A program made the position numbers and the translations under genes. Below the pieces are notes generated by a model. It saw nothing but the letters and a program-made list of their open reading frames with translations, had not been told where the DNA came from and did no database searches. This document shows, in pieces, positions 22,552 to 34,497 of a stretch of 64,000 nucleotides of DNA. How positions within the stretch are numbered: position 1 is the first letter of the stretch; the number at the start of each line of letters is the position of its first letter. Origin of the DNA: an uncultured Prevotella sp. (GTDB lineage: Bacteria; Bacteroidota; Bacteroidia; Bacteroidales; Bacteroidaceae); NCBI GenBank assembly GCA_916440255.1, contig CAKAIJ010000003.1, positions 866,263 to 930,262 of the forward strand. Direction: 5' to 3'.

Positions 22552-24287
22552 ATGAACATTTTAGAATTATCTGAGCAGGAGATTGGTCGCCGCCAAAGCC
22601 TGCAAGAATTGCGTGAGATGGGAATTGATCCTTATCCAGCAGCAGAGTTTCCAACGAATGCTTACTCTACTGATATTAAGGAGCAGTTCAAGGAGGACGA
22701 GCAGCGTGAGGTTGTAATTGCTGGTCGTATGATGGGACGCCGTGTCATGGGCAAGGCTTCCTTCGCTGAATTACAAGATAGTAAAGGTAGAATCCAGGTT
22801 TATATCACTCGTGACGACATCTGTCCGGGTGAGATAAGGAATTTTATAACAAGGTATTCAAGAAGTTGCTTGATATTGGTGACTTTATTGGAGTGAAGGG
22901 TGAAGTTTTTAAGACACAGATGGGAGAAATCTCTGTTCATGCTAAGGAGATTACCGTTTTGTCAAAGAGCCTGAAACCACTGCCTATCGTTAAGTATAAG
23001 GACGGTGAGGCATACGATAAGTTTGAAGATCCAGAGCAGCGTTACCGTCAGCGTTATGTTGACCTCGTTGTGAACGAAGGTGTGAAAGATACTTTCTTGA
23101 AGCGTGCAACCGTACTGCGCACGATGCGTCAGTTCTTCGATGAGGCTGGCTATACTGAGGTGGAGACTCCAACCTTGCAGAGTATTGCTGGTGGTGCAAG
23201 TGCACGTCCATTCATCACTCATTTCAATGCTCTTAACGTTGATATGTACATGCGTATCGCAACAGAGCTTTACTTGAAGCGTCTGATTGTTGGTGGTTTC
23301 GAGGGTGTGTATGAAATCGGTAAGAACTTCCGTAACGAGGGTATGGACCGTTTTCATAATCCAGAGTTCACTTGTATGGAACTTTACGTGCAGTACAAGG
23401 ACTACAACTGGATGATGTCTTTCACAGAACGTTTGCTTGAAAAGATTTGTATAGAGGTAAATGGTAAGCCAGAGGTACAGGTTGGTGACAAGGTTATCAG
23501 CTTCAAGGCCCCATTCCGTCGTTTGCCAATTCTCGATGCAATTAAGGAGAAGACAGGCTTCGATCTCCATGGTAAGACTGAGGAAGAAATTCGTAATATA
23601 GCTGTGAATGAGCTGAAACTTGAAGAAATAGACGAAAGTTTCGGTAAGGGTAAGCTCATTGATGAAATCTTCGGTGAGTTCTGTGAAGGAACATACGTCC
23701 AGCCAACCTTTATTACCGACTATCCTGTTGAGATGTCACCGCTGACAAAGATGCACCGTTCTAAGCCAGGATTGACAGAGCGTTTTGAGTTGATGGTAAA
23801 TGGTAAGGAGTTGGCTAATGCTTATTCTGAGTTGAACGACCCAATCGATCAGGAAGAGCGTTTTGTTGAACAGATGCGTTTAGCAGACAAGGGTGACGAC
23901 GAGGCGATGATTATCGATCAAGACTTCCTCCGTTCTTTGCAGTATGGTATGCCTCCAACTTCTGGTATTGGTATTGGTATCGACCGTTTGGTAATGCTGA
24001 TGACTGGTAAGGAATATATCCAGGAAGTACTTCTTTTCCCACAGATGAAACCAGAACCAAAGATACCACAGTCTTCTGTTAAGGAATGGGCTGAGGTTGG
24101 TGTTGCAGAGGACTGGGTATATGTTTTGCGTAAGGCGGGCTTCAATCTTATCTCTGACATCAGAGACGAAAAGGCGCAGGGCTTGCAGCAGAAGCTCGGA
24201 GAAATCAACAAAAAGTATAAACTCGGTTATGAGAAGCCTTCTGTTGAAGATATTCAGCAGTGGATTGACGGAGCAAAGGAAAAGTAA
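22552..24287 (+). CDS. lysS: Lysine--tRNA ligase class II with C-terminal extension (frameshift near 22832)
   Basis: [47 protein letters not shown]. Confidence 0.96.
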
Positions 24288-24416
24288 AAAGTAAAAGGGT
24301 AAAGAGTAGGACAAAGCGATAGAAGGAAGGTATATTTGTAGAAAAACTATTAGTTTATCATACGAAAGACAATTCTTTTGCTTTCCTGTTTTTTTACCTT
24401 TTTATACTTATTTTTA

Positions 24417-25418
24417 ATGCCTATGTTCGATGTTGGTAAAATAGCAATCATTGGAAGCGGTAGCTGGGCAACGGCTATCGCTAAGATTGTTGTAGAGCAT
24501 ACGCATCATATTGGTTGGTACTTTCGAAGTGACGATAAGATAGAGGAGTTTAAACGAAGAGGACATAATCCTTCTTACCTTACAAGTGTAAGGTTTGATA
24601 TGAATGAGGTAATGCTCGCTTCGGATATCAATAAGATTGTCAGAGAGTATGAAACTTTGATTTTTGTAACTCCTTCTCCTTATCTGAAAGCCTTGCTAAA
24701 GAAATTGAAAGCAAAGCTCCATACAAAGTTGATAGTGACAGCTATTAAGGGTATTGTATCTGATGAAAACCTTGTTTGCTCAGAGTATTTTCATGAAGTT
24801 TACGGTGTTCCATACGATAATCTTGCAGTTATTGGCGGACCGTCTCATGCTGAGGAAGTAGCGATGGAACGTCTTACCTATCTTACTATTGGATGTTCCG
24901 ACCTTGAAAAAGCACGTGTATTCACAGAGGTGTTAGCATCAAATTATGTAAAGACAAAGACTTCACCTGATGTTCTTGGAATAGAGTATGCGTCAGTCTT
25001 GAAGAATGTTTATGCCATTTCAGCAGGTATTTGTTCAGGTTTGAAGTATGGTGACAACTTTCAGGCAGTGCTGATGTCGAATGCAATGCAGGAGATGGAG
25101 CGTTTTCTCAATACGATTAATCCGATACAGCGTTCTATCATTGACAGTGTATATCTTGGCGATCAGTTGGTGACAGGATATAGTAAGTTTTCAAGAAATC
25201 ACACCTTTGGCACGATGATAGGAAAAGGATATAGTGTCAAGTCGGCACAGATTGAGATGGAGATGATAGCAGAGGGGTATTATGGTACAAAGTGTATGAA
25301 GGACATAAATCGCCGTTTGCACGTCAACATGCCCATTCTCGATGCAGTTTATAATATTCTTTACGAGCGTATCAGCCCACAAATAGAAATTAAATTATTA
25401 ACAGATTCATTTAGATAA
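24417..25418 (+). CDS. gpsA: NAD(P)H-dependent glycerol-3-phosphate dehydrogenase
   Basis: GSGSWATA, GGPSHAEEVA, LKNVYAI, SRN..FG. Confidence 0.93.
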   Translation: MPMFDVGKIAIIGSGSWATAIAKIVVEHTHHIGWYFRSDDKIEEFKRRGHNPSYLTSVRFDMNEVMLASDINKIVREYETLIFVTPSPYLKALLKKLKAKLHTKLIVTAIKGIVSDENLVCSEYFHEVYGVPYDNLAVIGGPSHAEEVAMERLTYLTIGCSDLEKARVFTEVLASNYVKTKTSPDVLGIEYASVLKNVYAISAGICSGLKYGDNFQAVLMSNAMQEMERFLNTINPIQRSIIDSVYLGDQLVTGYSKFSRNHTFGTMIGKGYSVKSAQIEMEMIAEGYYGTKCMKDINRRLHVNMPILDAVYNILYERISPQIEIKLLTDSFR

Positions 25419-25424
25419 ACACAA

Positions 25425-26780
25425 ATGGAAAGTATTAAGTTAGACATTACAAAGCCGCCCAGTTCTTAAATCCGGGCGTAGTAGAGGCTTATGCACCTCA
25501 TGTTGCAGCAGCTCAGGACGCTTTGGAGAAAGCCACTTGTCCAGGTAATGACTTCCTCGGTTGGTTGCATTTACCATCAAGTATTACACCTGAATTCCTT
25601 GCAGAAATTCAGGCTGTTGCTAATACATTGCGTGAGAAGTGTGAGGTTGTTGTAGTTGCTGGTATCGGTGGTTCTTACCTCGGTGCTCGTGCAGTCATCG
25701 AAGCATTAGGTAATAGCTTTGCTTGGCTTGTAAATGACAAGAAGAATCCTACGATTCTCTTTGCAGGTAATAACATCGGTGAGGATTACCTTGCTGAGTT
25801 GACAGACTATCTCAGGGATAAGAAGTTTGGTGTTATCAATATATCTAAGTCTGGTACAACCACTGAAACTGCGCTTGCTTTCCGTCTTTTAAAGAAGCAG
25901 TGTGAAGATCAATTAGGTAAGGAGGTAGCAAAGGATGTTATTGTTGCTATTACTGACGAACATAAGGGAGCTGCACGTGCTGCCGCAACAAAGGAAGGTT
26001 ACAAGACATTCATCATTCCTGACAATGTTGGTGGTCGTTTCTCTGTTCTCACACCAGTAGGTTTATTGCCAATTGCTGTAGCTGGTTTCGATGTTCAGAA
26101 ACTTGTTGAAGGTGCACAGGTGATGGAGAAAGAAACTTCAGTAGATGTACCTTTCTCAAGCAATATTGCAGCTCGTTATGCCGCTGTTCGTCAAGGTCTT
26201 TACTCACAAGCTGGTAAGAAGATAGAGATTGTTGCTAATTTCCAGCCAAAGCTCCACTTCTTTGCAGAGTGGTGGAAACAGCTTTATGGTGAAAGTGAGG
26301 GCAAGGATCTTAAAGGTATCTTCCCAGCTGCTTGCGATTTCACAACCGACCTTCACTCAATGGGTCAGTGGATTCAGGAGGGTGAACGCTCAATCTTTGA
26401 GACAGTAATATCTGTTGAGAAACCTAATGCTAAGGTACTTTTCCCACATGATGAAGAGAATCTTGATGGTTTGAACTTCCTTGCAGGTAAGCGTGTTGAT
26501 GAGGTGAATAAGATGGCAGAACTCGGTACACGTTTAGCTCACGTTGATGGTGGTGTTCCTAACATCCGTGTTAGTGTTCCAACATTGAACGAGTACTATC
26601 TCGGTCAGCTTATCTACTTCTTCGAGAAGGCTTGTGGTATCAGTGGTCTTATTCAGGAAGTAAATCCTTTCAATCAGCCAGGTGTTGAGGCTTACAAGAA
26701 GAATATGTTTGCTCTTCTCAATAAGCCTCGGCTATGAGGCTGAGAGTAAAGCGATTCAGGAAAGACTGACAAAGGAATAA
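25425..26780 (+). CDS. pgi: Glucose-6-phosphate isomerase (frameshifts near 25452 and 26728)
   Basis: [45 protein letters not shown]. Confidence 0.95.
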
Positions 26781-26783
26781 GAA

Positions 26784-26845
26784 CCTCCCCAACCCCTCCA
26801 AAGGAGGGGAGGGAAGCTCACCCGACCTCCCCGAAAGGGGAGGAG
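26784..26845. repeat. Pair of GC-rich REP-like hairpins (CCCCTCC.AAAGGAGGGG family)
   Basis: CCCCTCCAAAGGAGGGG and CCTCCCCGAAAGGGGAGG downstream of pgi; same family at 28885 and 29172. Confidence 0.7.
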
Positions 26846-26986
26846 TACTTAGTGGAATGTAGTTAGAGATAGTGTGGGTAGCTTTCAAGGGGGAGCATTA
26901 TTTTATAATATTCTTAATTTATCCTCAGGTTCTTCACATGGTTGAGGGACTTGAGGATAAAAATATATAATAAGGTGAAGAAAACA

Positions 26987-27726
26987 ATGTTGTCGTTTCA
27001 ATCTCAACAAAGCATATCTCCTTTCGTGGAAACTCCTTATAGAGTTCCACAAGTCGTTCTCTTTGATATGGATGGTGTTCTTTATGATTCAATGCCCAAT
27101 CATGGTGTTGCGTGGCAGCGTGCGATGAAGGAGTTTGGTATTCACTTCACGCTTGAAGACTCATACGCAACGGAAGGAGCGCGTGGTGTTGATACTATCC
27201 GTAAGTATGCTAAGGCGCAACTCGATAAGGAACTGACAGAGGAAGAGGCGCAACGGATGTATGATGTGAAGGCGCATTACTTCCACGAATGCCTGAGGCA
27301 AAGGTGTTTGATGGTGTAATAGACCTTATGCGAAAGATTAAGGCAAGTGGATTAAAGATTGGTATTGTGACGGGAAGTGCGCAGTTGCCGTTGATAGAAC
27401 GAGTTACTCGTGATTTTGGCGACTTTGTTTCTGCCGACCAGATAACGACAGCATACGACGTAAAACGTGGTAAGCCAACCCCTGATCCATACTTGATGGG
27501 GCTGAAGAAGGCGGGTGATTATTCGCCAATGGAAGGTATTGTTGTTGAGAATGCGCCACTTGGAGTACATGCAGGTGCAGCAGCAGGCTGCTATACGGTG
27601 GCTATCAATAGTGGTCCACTGGATGATTCTGTCCTCTTGAATGAAGGTGCGGACATTCTTTTTCCAACCATCCGAGAGTTTGCTGATAATTGGGAGCGTA
27701 TCTTGGATAGTCTTTCAAAACGATGA
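26987..27726 (+). CDS. HAD-family phosphatase / beta-phosphoglucomutase-like (frameshift near 27290)
   Basis: FDMDGVL, GKPTPDPY, VENAPLG. Confidence 0.85.
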
Positions 27727-27773
27727 AAAGTTTTTATAGTGTTTAGTTAGATATCTTTTGGATGAAAATAAAG

Positions 27774-27860
27774 TTTCCTGTCACTTCTGTCATTCAATAA
27801 ACATCTCTAACTGGTTGAATTATAGTATATTTACAAGAAGTGTTAAAAGTGACAGCAAAA
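27774..27860 (-). repeat. ~86-bp TGTCA/TGACA dispersed repeat, copy 2
   Basis: TTTCCTGTCACTTCTGTCA...TGTTAAAAGTGACAGCAAAA. Confidence 0.75.
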
Positions 27861-27927
27861 TGAATTGAAACTAATGTAGTAATATTTCAGTAATTTTTCT
27901 TTTCTTCATCAAATAAAAATCGTGAAG

Positions 27928-28872
27928 CTAAAAAGCCTCACGATATTTATTTTCTTCCTTATCTTCCAGCATTGAAAGGTAACTGTTATATCGGCTTTCA
28001 GCGATATAGTGTTCTTCAATTGCCTTTCTGACGGCGCAGCCAGGCTCATGAGTGTGCGTACAATTTGAAAATTTGCAGTCCTTTGAAAAATTGAATATCT
28101 CGCGGAAATAACTTGTCAGTTCTTCACGTTCTATATCAAAGGTTCCAAATCCTTTAATTCCCGGTGTGTCAATAAGGTATCCACCCATTGGCAACTCCAA
28201 CATCTCGCTGAATGTAGTAGTGTGCATACCAGTATTGTGTACATCAGAAATCTCAGCCGTACGGAGGTTGACATGGGGTAGGAGAGCATTGATAATCGTT
28301 GATTTTCCTACGCCACTATTACCACTCAAAAGGGTTACTTTTCCTGCTAATAACGGCTTCATCTTCTCTACACTGAACTCATCTGCGGGTTCAGCACTTG
28401 CTTGTATCTCTATGCATTGATAACCGATGGTTTCATAGAGATTCATTACAGCATGCTGGTAACGTAGTTCGTCTTCATCAAGCAAGTCGTGCTTGTTGAA
28501 TACCAATGTTACTGGAATGCGGTAGGCCTCGGCACTGGCAAGGAATCGGTCGATGAAGGTAGTAGATGTTTCGGGATAGTTTGTTGTGACAATCAGGAAA
28601 GCTTGGTCGATATTGGCAGCCAGAATATGACTTTGCTTAGAGAGGTTAGGTGATTTTCGGATAATATAATTCTTACGGTCTTCTATCTCTGTGATGAAAG
28701 CCGTACCCTCCTGATTAGGTGTGATGACAACATGGTCGCCAACTGCCACAGGATTAGTAGAGCGAATTCCTTTCAAGCGGAAATTACCCTTAATTTTGCT
28801 TTCTATTGTCTTGCCTTCCTCGGTCTTTACCGTGTACCAGCTACCTGTGTTCTTTATTACTAAGCCGCGCAT
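27928..28872 (-). CDS. rsgA: Ribosome small subunit-dependent GTPase A
   Basis: [35 protein letters not shown]. Confidence 0.96.
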   Translation of the reverse strand: MRGLVIKNTGSWYTVKTEEGKTIESKIKGNFRLKGIRSTNPVAVGDHVVITPNQEGTAFITEIEDRKNYIIRKSPNLSKQSHILAANIDQAFLIVTTNYPETSTTFIDRFLASAEAYRIPVTLVFNKHDLLDEDELRYQHAVMNLYETIGYQCIEIQASAEPADEFSVEKMKPLLAGKVTLLSGNSGVGKSTIINALLPHVNLRTAEISDVHNTGMHTTTFSEMLELPMGGYLIDTPGIKGFGTFDIEREELTSYFREIFNFSKDCKFSNCTHTHEPGCAVRKAIEEHYIAESRYNSYLSMLEDKEENKYREAF

Positions 28873-28884
28873 AAAAATAAAAAA

Positions 28885-29202
28885 AAGCCTCCCCCTGCCC
28901 CTCCGAAAGGAGGGGAGTGCCTGACGGAAGCCAGTTAGAATAATATTTTATCGCTTATAAACAGTCTATTATAACTGCTTTTTATATTTTCGTTGGAATA
29001 AGGTATGGATAATACTTCAGAAAGATTTTTCCTATTACATCCGAAGTAGACCGACATAACTTCATCGAGCGGTGGATAATACTTCAGAAAGATTTTCCTA
29101 TTACATCCGAAGTAGACCGATATAACTTCATCGAGCGGTGGATAATACTTCAGAAAGATTTTCCTATTACATCCCTCCTTTCGGAGGGGCTTGGGGAGGC
29201 TT
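28885..29202. repeat. Inverted REP-like doublet enclosing a 66-bp tandem repeat (2.5 copies)
   Basis: Arms AAGCCTCCCC..GCCCCTCCGAAAGGAGGG at 28885-28916 and reverse complement at 29172-29202; tandem units start 29006, 29073, 29139. Confidence 0.85.
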
Positions 29203-29203
29203 C

Positions 29204-29764
29204 CTAAACGGTCATAATCTCTTTCTGCTTATCCTCTAACAGCGTGTCAACCTGCTTGATAAACTTGTCATGAATCTTCTGCAAGCTCTCTTCTGCATCT
29301 TTCTCGTTGTCTTCTGAAAGACCGTCTTTGATAGCTTTCTTTAGTTTCTCCTTGATGTCAGAACGAACATTGCGAATCTCAACCTTTGTACGCTCGCCAA
29401 TCTTGTTACACTGCTTCACCAAGTCGCGACGACGCTCCTCAGTTGGTTGAGGTAAGTTTAGGCGGATAAGTTCGCCATTGTTCTCTGGTGTGATACCAAC
29501 ATCAGAGTCCATGATAGCCTTTTCAATATCTCGAATAGCTTTCTTGTCCCATGGCTTGATAGCGATGGTACGTGCGTCAGGCACCATGACTGAGGCAACT
29601 TGATTTAAAGGAACTTTTGAACCATAAGATTCAACTCGTACTCCATCAAGGATGGCTACGTTTGCACGGCCAGCACGGATACGCTGCAACTCGTCATTGA
29701 GATACATCGTTGCCATTTCCATGCGTTCACTGGCATCATTTAATGTCTGCTTAACGTCTAACAT
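29204..29764 (-). CDS. frr: Ribosome recycling factor
   Basis: IRAGRAN, PLNQVASV, PTEERRRDLVK. Confidence 0.96.
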   Translation of the reverse strand: MLDVKQTLNDASERMEMATMYLNDELQRIRAGRANVAILDGVRVESYGSKVPLNQVASVMVPDARTIAIKPWDKKAIRDIEKAIMDSDVGITPENNGELIRLNLPQPTEERRRDLVKQCNKIGERTKVEIRNVRSDIKEKLKKAIKDGLSEDNEKDAEESLQKIHDKFIKQVDTLLEDKQKEIMTV

Positions 29765-29909
29765 ATATTTGTAATATTAATTTTCTATTTTACAAAAATA
29801 GGGATTAATTTGGAGATGTACAAGATTTTACTTTACTTTCTTTATTAAAACCATGTTTTACTCTTTAGGTTTCTTCTGCAATGTTGTTGGGGTTTATCTT
29901 ATTGCAGTT

Positions 29910-30713
29910 TTATTGGGTAAGAATATTCAGTTGTTCTTCAACCATATTTGTTAGTTCAACAAACTGACTAATAGGCAATTGTTCAGGACGTTTCGTCATG
30001 ATGTCTTGTTCATAGAAACCATCGGTAGGTTTGCCAGTGTTAAATATCTGTCGTAGACTCACACGCAACATTTTACGACGCTGGTTAAAGACAGTTTTTA
30101 CTACACGTTTAAAGAGTTTTTCGTCACAACCAATATCTGTCACTTTATTGCGTGTCATTCGGATGACGGCGCTCTTTACTTTTGGTGGTGGATTGAAGAC
30201 ATTTTCATCGACGGTGAAGAGATATTCGACGTCATACCAAGCTTGTATCAATACAGATAAGATACCGTAGGTCTTTGAGCTTGGTCCAGCTGCCATGCGC
30301 TGTGCTACCTCTCGTTGTATCATTCCTGTACAGCAAGGAATAAGGTCTTTGTAATCAAGCATCTTGAAGAAGATTTGAGACGAAATGTCGTAAGGGTAGT
30401 TGCCAGTCAGTACAAACTGCTTGCCATCAAAGACTTCGTTCAGGTCCATGAGTAGGAAGTCTTGTCCAAGAATATTTTCACGTAACTTTGGAAACTTCTC
30501 GTAGAGGAAGGCTACACTTTCTGAGTCTATCTCTACAGCTTTCACCTCACGTGGCTTCTCCACAAGGTATTGCGTAAGAACACCCATACCCGGTCCAATC
30601 TCCAATACAGGTATGTCTGGACAAGCATCAACGGTGTCTGCAATCTGACGTGCTATACTCAGGTCAGTAAGGAAGTGTTGACCCAGATTCTTCTTTGGCT
30701 TGACTAATTTCAT
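29910..30713 (-). CDS. rsmA: 16S rRNA adenine dimethyltransferase
   Basis: KKNLGQHFL, LEIGPGMG, NYPY, PPPKVKSA. Confidence 0.96.
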   Translation of the reverse strand: MKLVKPKKNLGQHFLTDLSIARQIADTVDACPDIPVLEIGPGMGVLTQYLVEKPREVKAVEIDSESVAFLYEKFPKLRENILGQDFLLMDLNEVFDGKQFVLTGNYPYDISSQIFFKMLDYKDLIPCCTGMIQREVAQRMAAGPSSKTYGILSVLIQAWYDVEYLFTVDENVFNPPPKVKSAVIRMTRNKVTDIGCDEKLFKRVVKTVFNQRRKMLRVSLRQIFNTGKPTDGFYEQDIMTKRPEQLPISQFVELTNMVEEQLNILTQ

Positions 30714-30796
30714 AATTTTTCTTTATTTGCCTACAAAGATACTCATTTTATTTTGCATTAAAAACATTTTAATTATCTTTGCTCCATTATATGAGG

Positions 30797-31819
30797 ATGA
30801 AGAAACTGTTTAACAATACTGTGAAGATTGCATTGCCGTTAGTACTTGGAAGTGCAATCCTTTATTGGATGTATAGAGGTTTTGACTTTTCCAGTATTGA
30901 ACACGTGTTATTACATGAGATGAACTGGACTTGGATGATTCTCTCTCTCCCTTTTGGTATACTGGCTCAGGCTTTTCGTGGGTGGAGATGGAAACAGAGT
31001 CTTGAACCCATTGGTGAGCATCCTCGCTCGTCGGTTTGTGTCAATTCTATTTTTCTTTCTTATGCTGTCAGCTTATTAATTCCCCGTATTGGCGAGTTTG
31101 CACGTTGTGGTGTATTGAATAGATATGATAAGATAGCTTTTCCAAAAGCTCTTGGCACTGTTGTGACAGAGCGTGCGGTAGACTCCATTATCGTGTTGCT
31201 TATCAGTGTTATAGCTTTCTTGACGCAGATAGGTGTTTTTACAAATTTCTTTTCAAAGACAGGGACACGTATTGATGATATATTCGAGATGTTCTCACCA
31301 ATGGGCTGGCTGGTAACAGTTATCTGTGGTATTGCGTCCGCTATCCTCTTCTATTATGTGTTGCGTCACTTAGCTTTCTACAAGAAGGTGAAAGAAATGT
31401 TAGGTGGTATATGGCAGGGGATAAACTCTTTGCGTAAGGTGAAGAATATTCCTTTGTTTATTTTTTATAGCTTTGCAATATGGGGAAGTTATTTCCTACA
31501 TTATTATTTGACATTTTATTGCTTAGAAGCAACGTCAGGACTTGGACTTTCTTGTGCGTTAGTAAGTTTTGTTGTTGGCTCACTGGCCGTTATTGTACCA
31601 ACGCCTAATGGGGCAGGTCCATGGCACTTTGCAGTAAAGACAATGCTAATACTTTATGGAGTGGCAGACAGTCAGGCACTTTATTTCGTATTAATTGTAC
31701 ATACCATTCAAACCCTTCTGGTTATTCTTTTAGGTGTATATGCGTGGATAGTGTTGAGCTTTACAAAGACACCAGTAGCATTGGGAGGTCCAGCTGAACT
31801 TACGCGCCCTGCAAAGTGA
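30797..31819 (+). CDS. Lysylphosphatidylglycerol synthase TM-domain / UPF0104 flippase-like membrane protein
   Basis: RGWRW, PRIGEFAR, TVVTER..D, PTPNGAGPWH; multiple TM helices. Confidence 0.8.
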   Translation: MKKLFNNTVKIALPLVLGSAILYWMYRGFDFSSIEHVLLHEMNWTWMILSLPFGILAQAFRGWRWKQSLEPIGEHPRSSVCVNSIFLSYAVSLLIPRIGEFARCGVLNRYDKIAFPKALGTVVTERAVDSIIVLLISVIAFLTQIGVFTNFFSKTGTRIDDIFEMFSPMGWLVTVICGIASAILFYYVLRHLAFYKKVKEMLGGIWQGINSLRKVKNIPLFIFYSFAIWGSYFLHYYLTFYCLEATSGLGLSCALVSFVVGSLAVIVPTPNGAGPWHFAVKTMLILYGVADSQALYFVLIVHTIQTLLVILLGVYAWIVLSFTKTPVALGGPAELTRPAK

Positions 31820-31884
31820 TATTGAGAAAGAATAGTATTGAGCGAATAGATAAACAATGATAATAACCTTTTAAAATCAGCATT

Positions 31885-33338
31885 ATGAGTGAAATAAGAA
31901 ATCTTAAACCAGAGACTCTATGGAGAAACTTTGACGACCTAACACAGGTTCCACGTCCTTCAGGTTTACCGGAGAAAGTACAGAAATTTTTGTTAGACTT
32001 TGCTGCAAGAGTAGGAGTAGAATCATACGTAGATGCTGGTGGCAATGTTGTCATGCGTAAGCCTGCTACACCGGGATATGAAAACCGCAAGACTGTTCTG
32101 TTGCAGGCGCACATGGATATGGTTCCACAGAAGACACCAGATAGTAATCATAACTTTGAAACAGACCCAATTGTGACACATATTGTTGATGGCTGGGTAT
32201 ATGCAACAACACAACTCTTGGTGCTGACGATGGTATCGGTGTTGCAGCTATTATGGCTGTCATGGAGGATAAGACATTGAAGCATGGTGTTGTTGAGGCC
32301 TTGATTACTCGCGATGAGGAGACGGGTATGTATGGTGTAAATGAAATGCCAAGCGGAGAGTTGCATAGTGATATCCTTATGAACCTTGACTCTGAGACAT
32401 GGGGTAAGTTTGTGATTGGTTCTGCTGGTGGTGTTGATGTTACTTCTACCTTAGAGTATAAGGAAGTTGTAAACGACGAGGAGGCTGCTGTTAAGGTAAC
32501 TTTGAAGGGCTTTCGTGGTGGTCACTCTGGTCTTGAAATCAATGAGGGACGTGCTAATGCTAATAAGGAGATGGTTCGTTTCGTTCGTAATGCTGTTACC
32601 GAACTCGGTGTGCGCTTAGCATCTTGGGAAGGAGGTAATATGAGAAATGCAATTCCTTTTAAGGCAGAGGTAGTTTTGGCTTTACCACATGAGAAGATTT
32701 CAGCTTTGAAAGAAATGGTTGCTCGTCAGAAAGCACTTATCGAAGACGAATTTAAGGGTATTGAACCAAACGTAGAGTTTTTCGTAGAGGATGTAGATAA
32801 ACCAGCAAGTCTTGTTCCAGTAGATGTTCAGGAGAAACTTATCAATGCTATCTATGCTTGTCACAATGGTGTATTGCGTATGATACCATCTTATCCAGAC
32901 GTTGTTGAAACTTCGTCAAACCTTGCAATTATTCATATTGAGCCAACTAAGGCCTCTATTATGATTCTTGCTCGTTCAAGCCGTGAGGATATGAGAGATT
33001 ATATTGCTGCTCAGTTGGAAAGCTGCTTCAATATGATTGGTATGAAGACTATTTGTAGTGGTCAATATGGTGGTTGGGATCCAAATCCTAATAGTGAAAT
33101 TCTCAACCTCTTGAAGAAAGTGTATAAGGAGCAGAATGGTGTAGAGGGTATTGTGCAGGTAGATCATGCTGGTCTTGAATGTTCGGTCATCCTTGGCAAG
33201 TATCCTGGTATGGATGTTGTTAGTCTTGGTCCAACTCTCCGCAGTCCACATACTGCGAAGGAGCGTCTTGAGATAGCAACTGTTGAGCCATTCTGGAAGC
33301 TTCTCGTTCAAACTTTGGAGGAGATTCCTGTTAAATAG
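31885..33338 (+). CDS. pepD: Aminoacyl-histidine dipeptidase (M20C; frameshift near 32205)
   Basis: QAHMDMV, LGADDG, EETGM, NLDSE, GGHSG, HAGLEC. Confidence 0.92.
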
Positions 33339-33395
33339 AGCTGATGAGGCTGTGAAAAACAGCTGAATAGAGGAGCAATATAAAGAATAATAATG

Positions 33396-33444
33396 GAACT
33401 GCTTTCCGTCTTTTTATATGAAGATGGTAAGCAGTTCTTTTTTA
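33396..33444 (+). terminator. Intrinsic terminator after pepD
   Basis: GAACTGCTT..CCGTC / GATGGTAAGCAGTTC followed by a T run. Confidence 0.7.
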
Positions 33445-33546
33445 TCTATATTATTTAAGGTATAAACTTGTAATGTTAAATTTTTTATTTACTTTTGTGG
33501 ACACACCAATGAATCAGATTTGTTGTTAATTATAAAAAGAAATACG

Positions 33547-34423
33547 ATGAACAAGAATAGAAATACAAAAGTCATTTAAAAGCTTTTGTTACTTATCGTT
33601 TTGGGGATGGGTATTCTGTCTGCTTATTTACGCACTGTGAGTTCGGAAAACTCCTGCGGCAGCTCCTGTTAAGGATACATCTGCTGTTCAAGAGGATAAA
33701 ACCTTGAAGAAGGGAGATATCTCTAACGAGAATGTGATGATAGACACAGTCTATGGAGACTGGCATGTTCGGGTTGACACTGTTGATAGTAAGACTAAGG
33801 TGAAGAATTCTGATGAGTTTGTGAAGAAGTTGGTTGTGACGATTTCAAAAGGTGGTAAAGTCTTGTTTGATAAGAAAGTCTTTACACGAGAAGACTTTTG
33901 GAAAGGTGCGAACGAGGATTTCAGGTTTATGCTGTTTAGCTCCCGACATAACTAACACTTCTGTTTATTTGCCAGTTTCTATCTGTTATCCAGAAACGGA
34001 TGATGGTTTATCGTCTGGTTGGCGTTGTCTAAAGATGGAAGTAGTAAGGTTTATCCTGTTCCTCTGGCATTAGACGAGTCAGACATGGTAACAAATTTTT
34101 ATGTAGAGTACATTCATGAATTGCAGCAGAAGCCAGTGGATAAGGCTTCACTATTGAAACTTGCCCGAGATTATGGCTCTCCTAAGTTTGTGGAACAGCT
34201 GACAAAGGAAGGGGTGGATGTTGTCTTTCCTGCAAAGGTGCTTGCTCGAAAGAATATGAAAGTAGTTCCAGAAGCTGGACTTGTGAAGGATGGATGTCTG
34301 GTAAGATTCTCTACTTCATTCGATAATACCCAGCCTTTTGATTCAATACGTGTTGTGTTGAAGGAGCGTCAGGTCAAGAAATTATACTCTAATGACTATA
34401 TGATTGATAAGGTGATTCACTAA
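33547..34423 (+). CDS. Hypothetical exported protein (several frameshifts)
   Basis: Consecutive overlapping ORFs 33704..34423 with coding-like composition; hydrophobic N-terminal segment. Confidence 0.55.
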
Positions 34424-34497
34424 TTTTTCAGTGTTTGTAAACACAAAGCAGGGGCGCACGATATGTATGTCCCTGCTTTAGTTTTATTGGAATCGTG

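Noticed and set aside
22800..22900. Programmed frameshifting or true pseudogenisation of lysS and other split genes
   Set aside because: No slippery site or stimulatory structure was recognised; indels are scattered across many essential genes, consistent with sequencing error
22962..24314. Several minus-strand ORFs up to 202 aa
   Set aside because: Antisense to lysS with no recognisable motifs
29006..29174. CRISPR array
   Set aside because: The two 30-bp spacers differ by only one base and no cas genes are in the window; recorded as a tandem repeat
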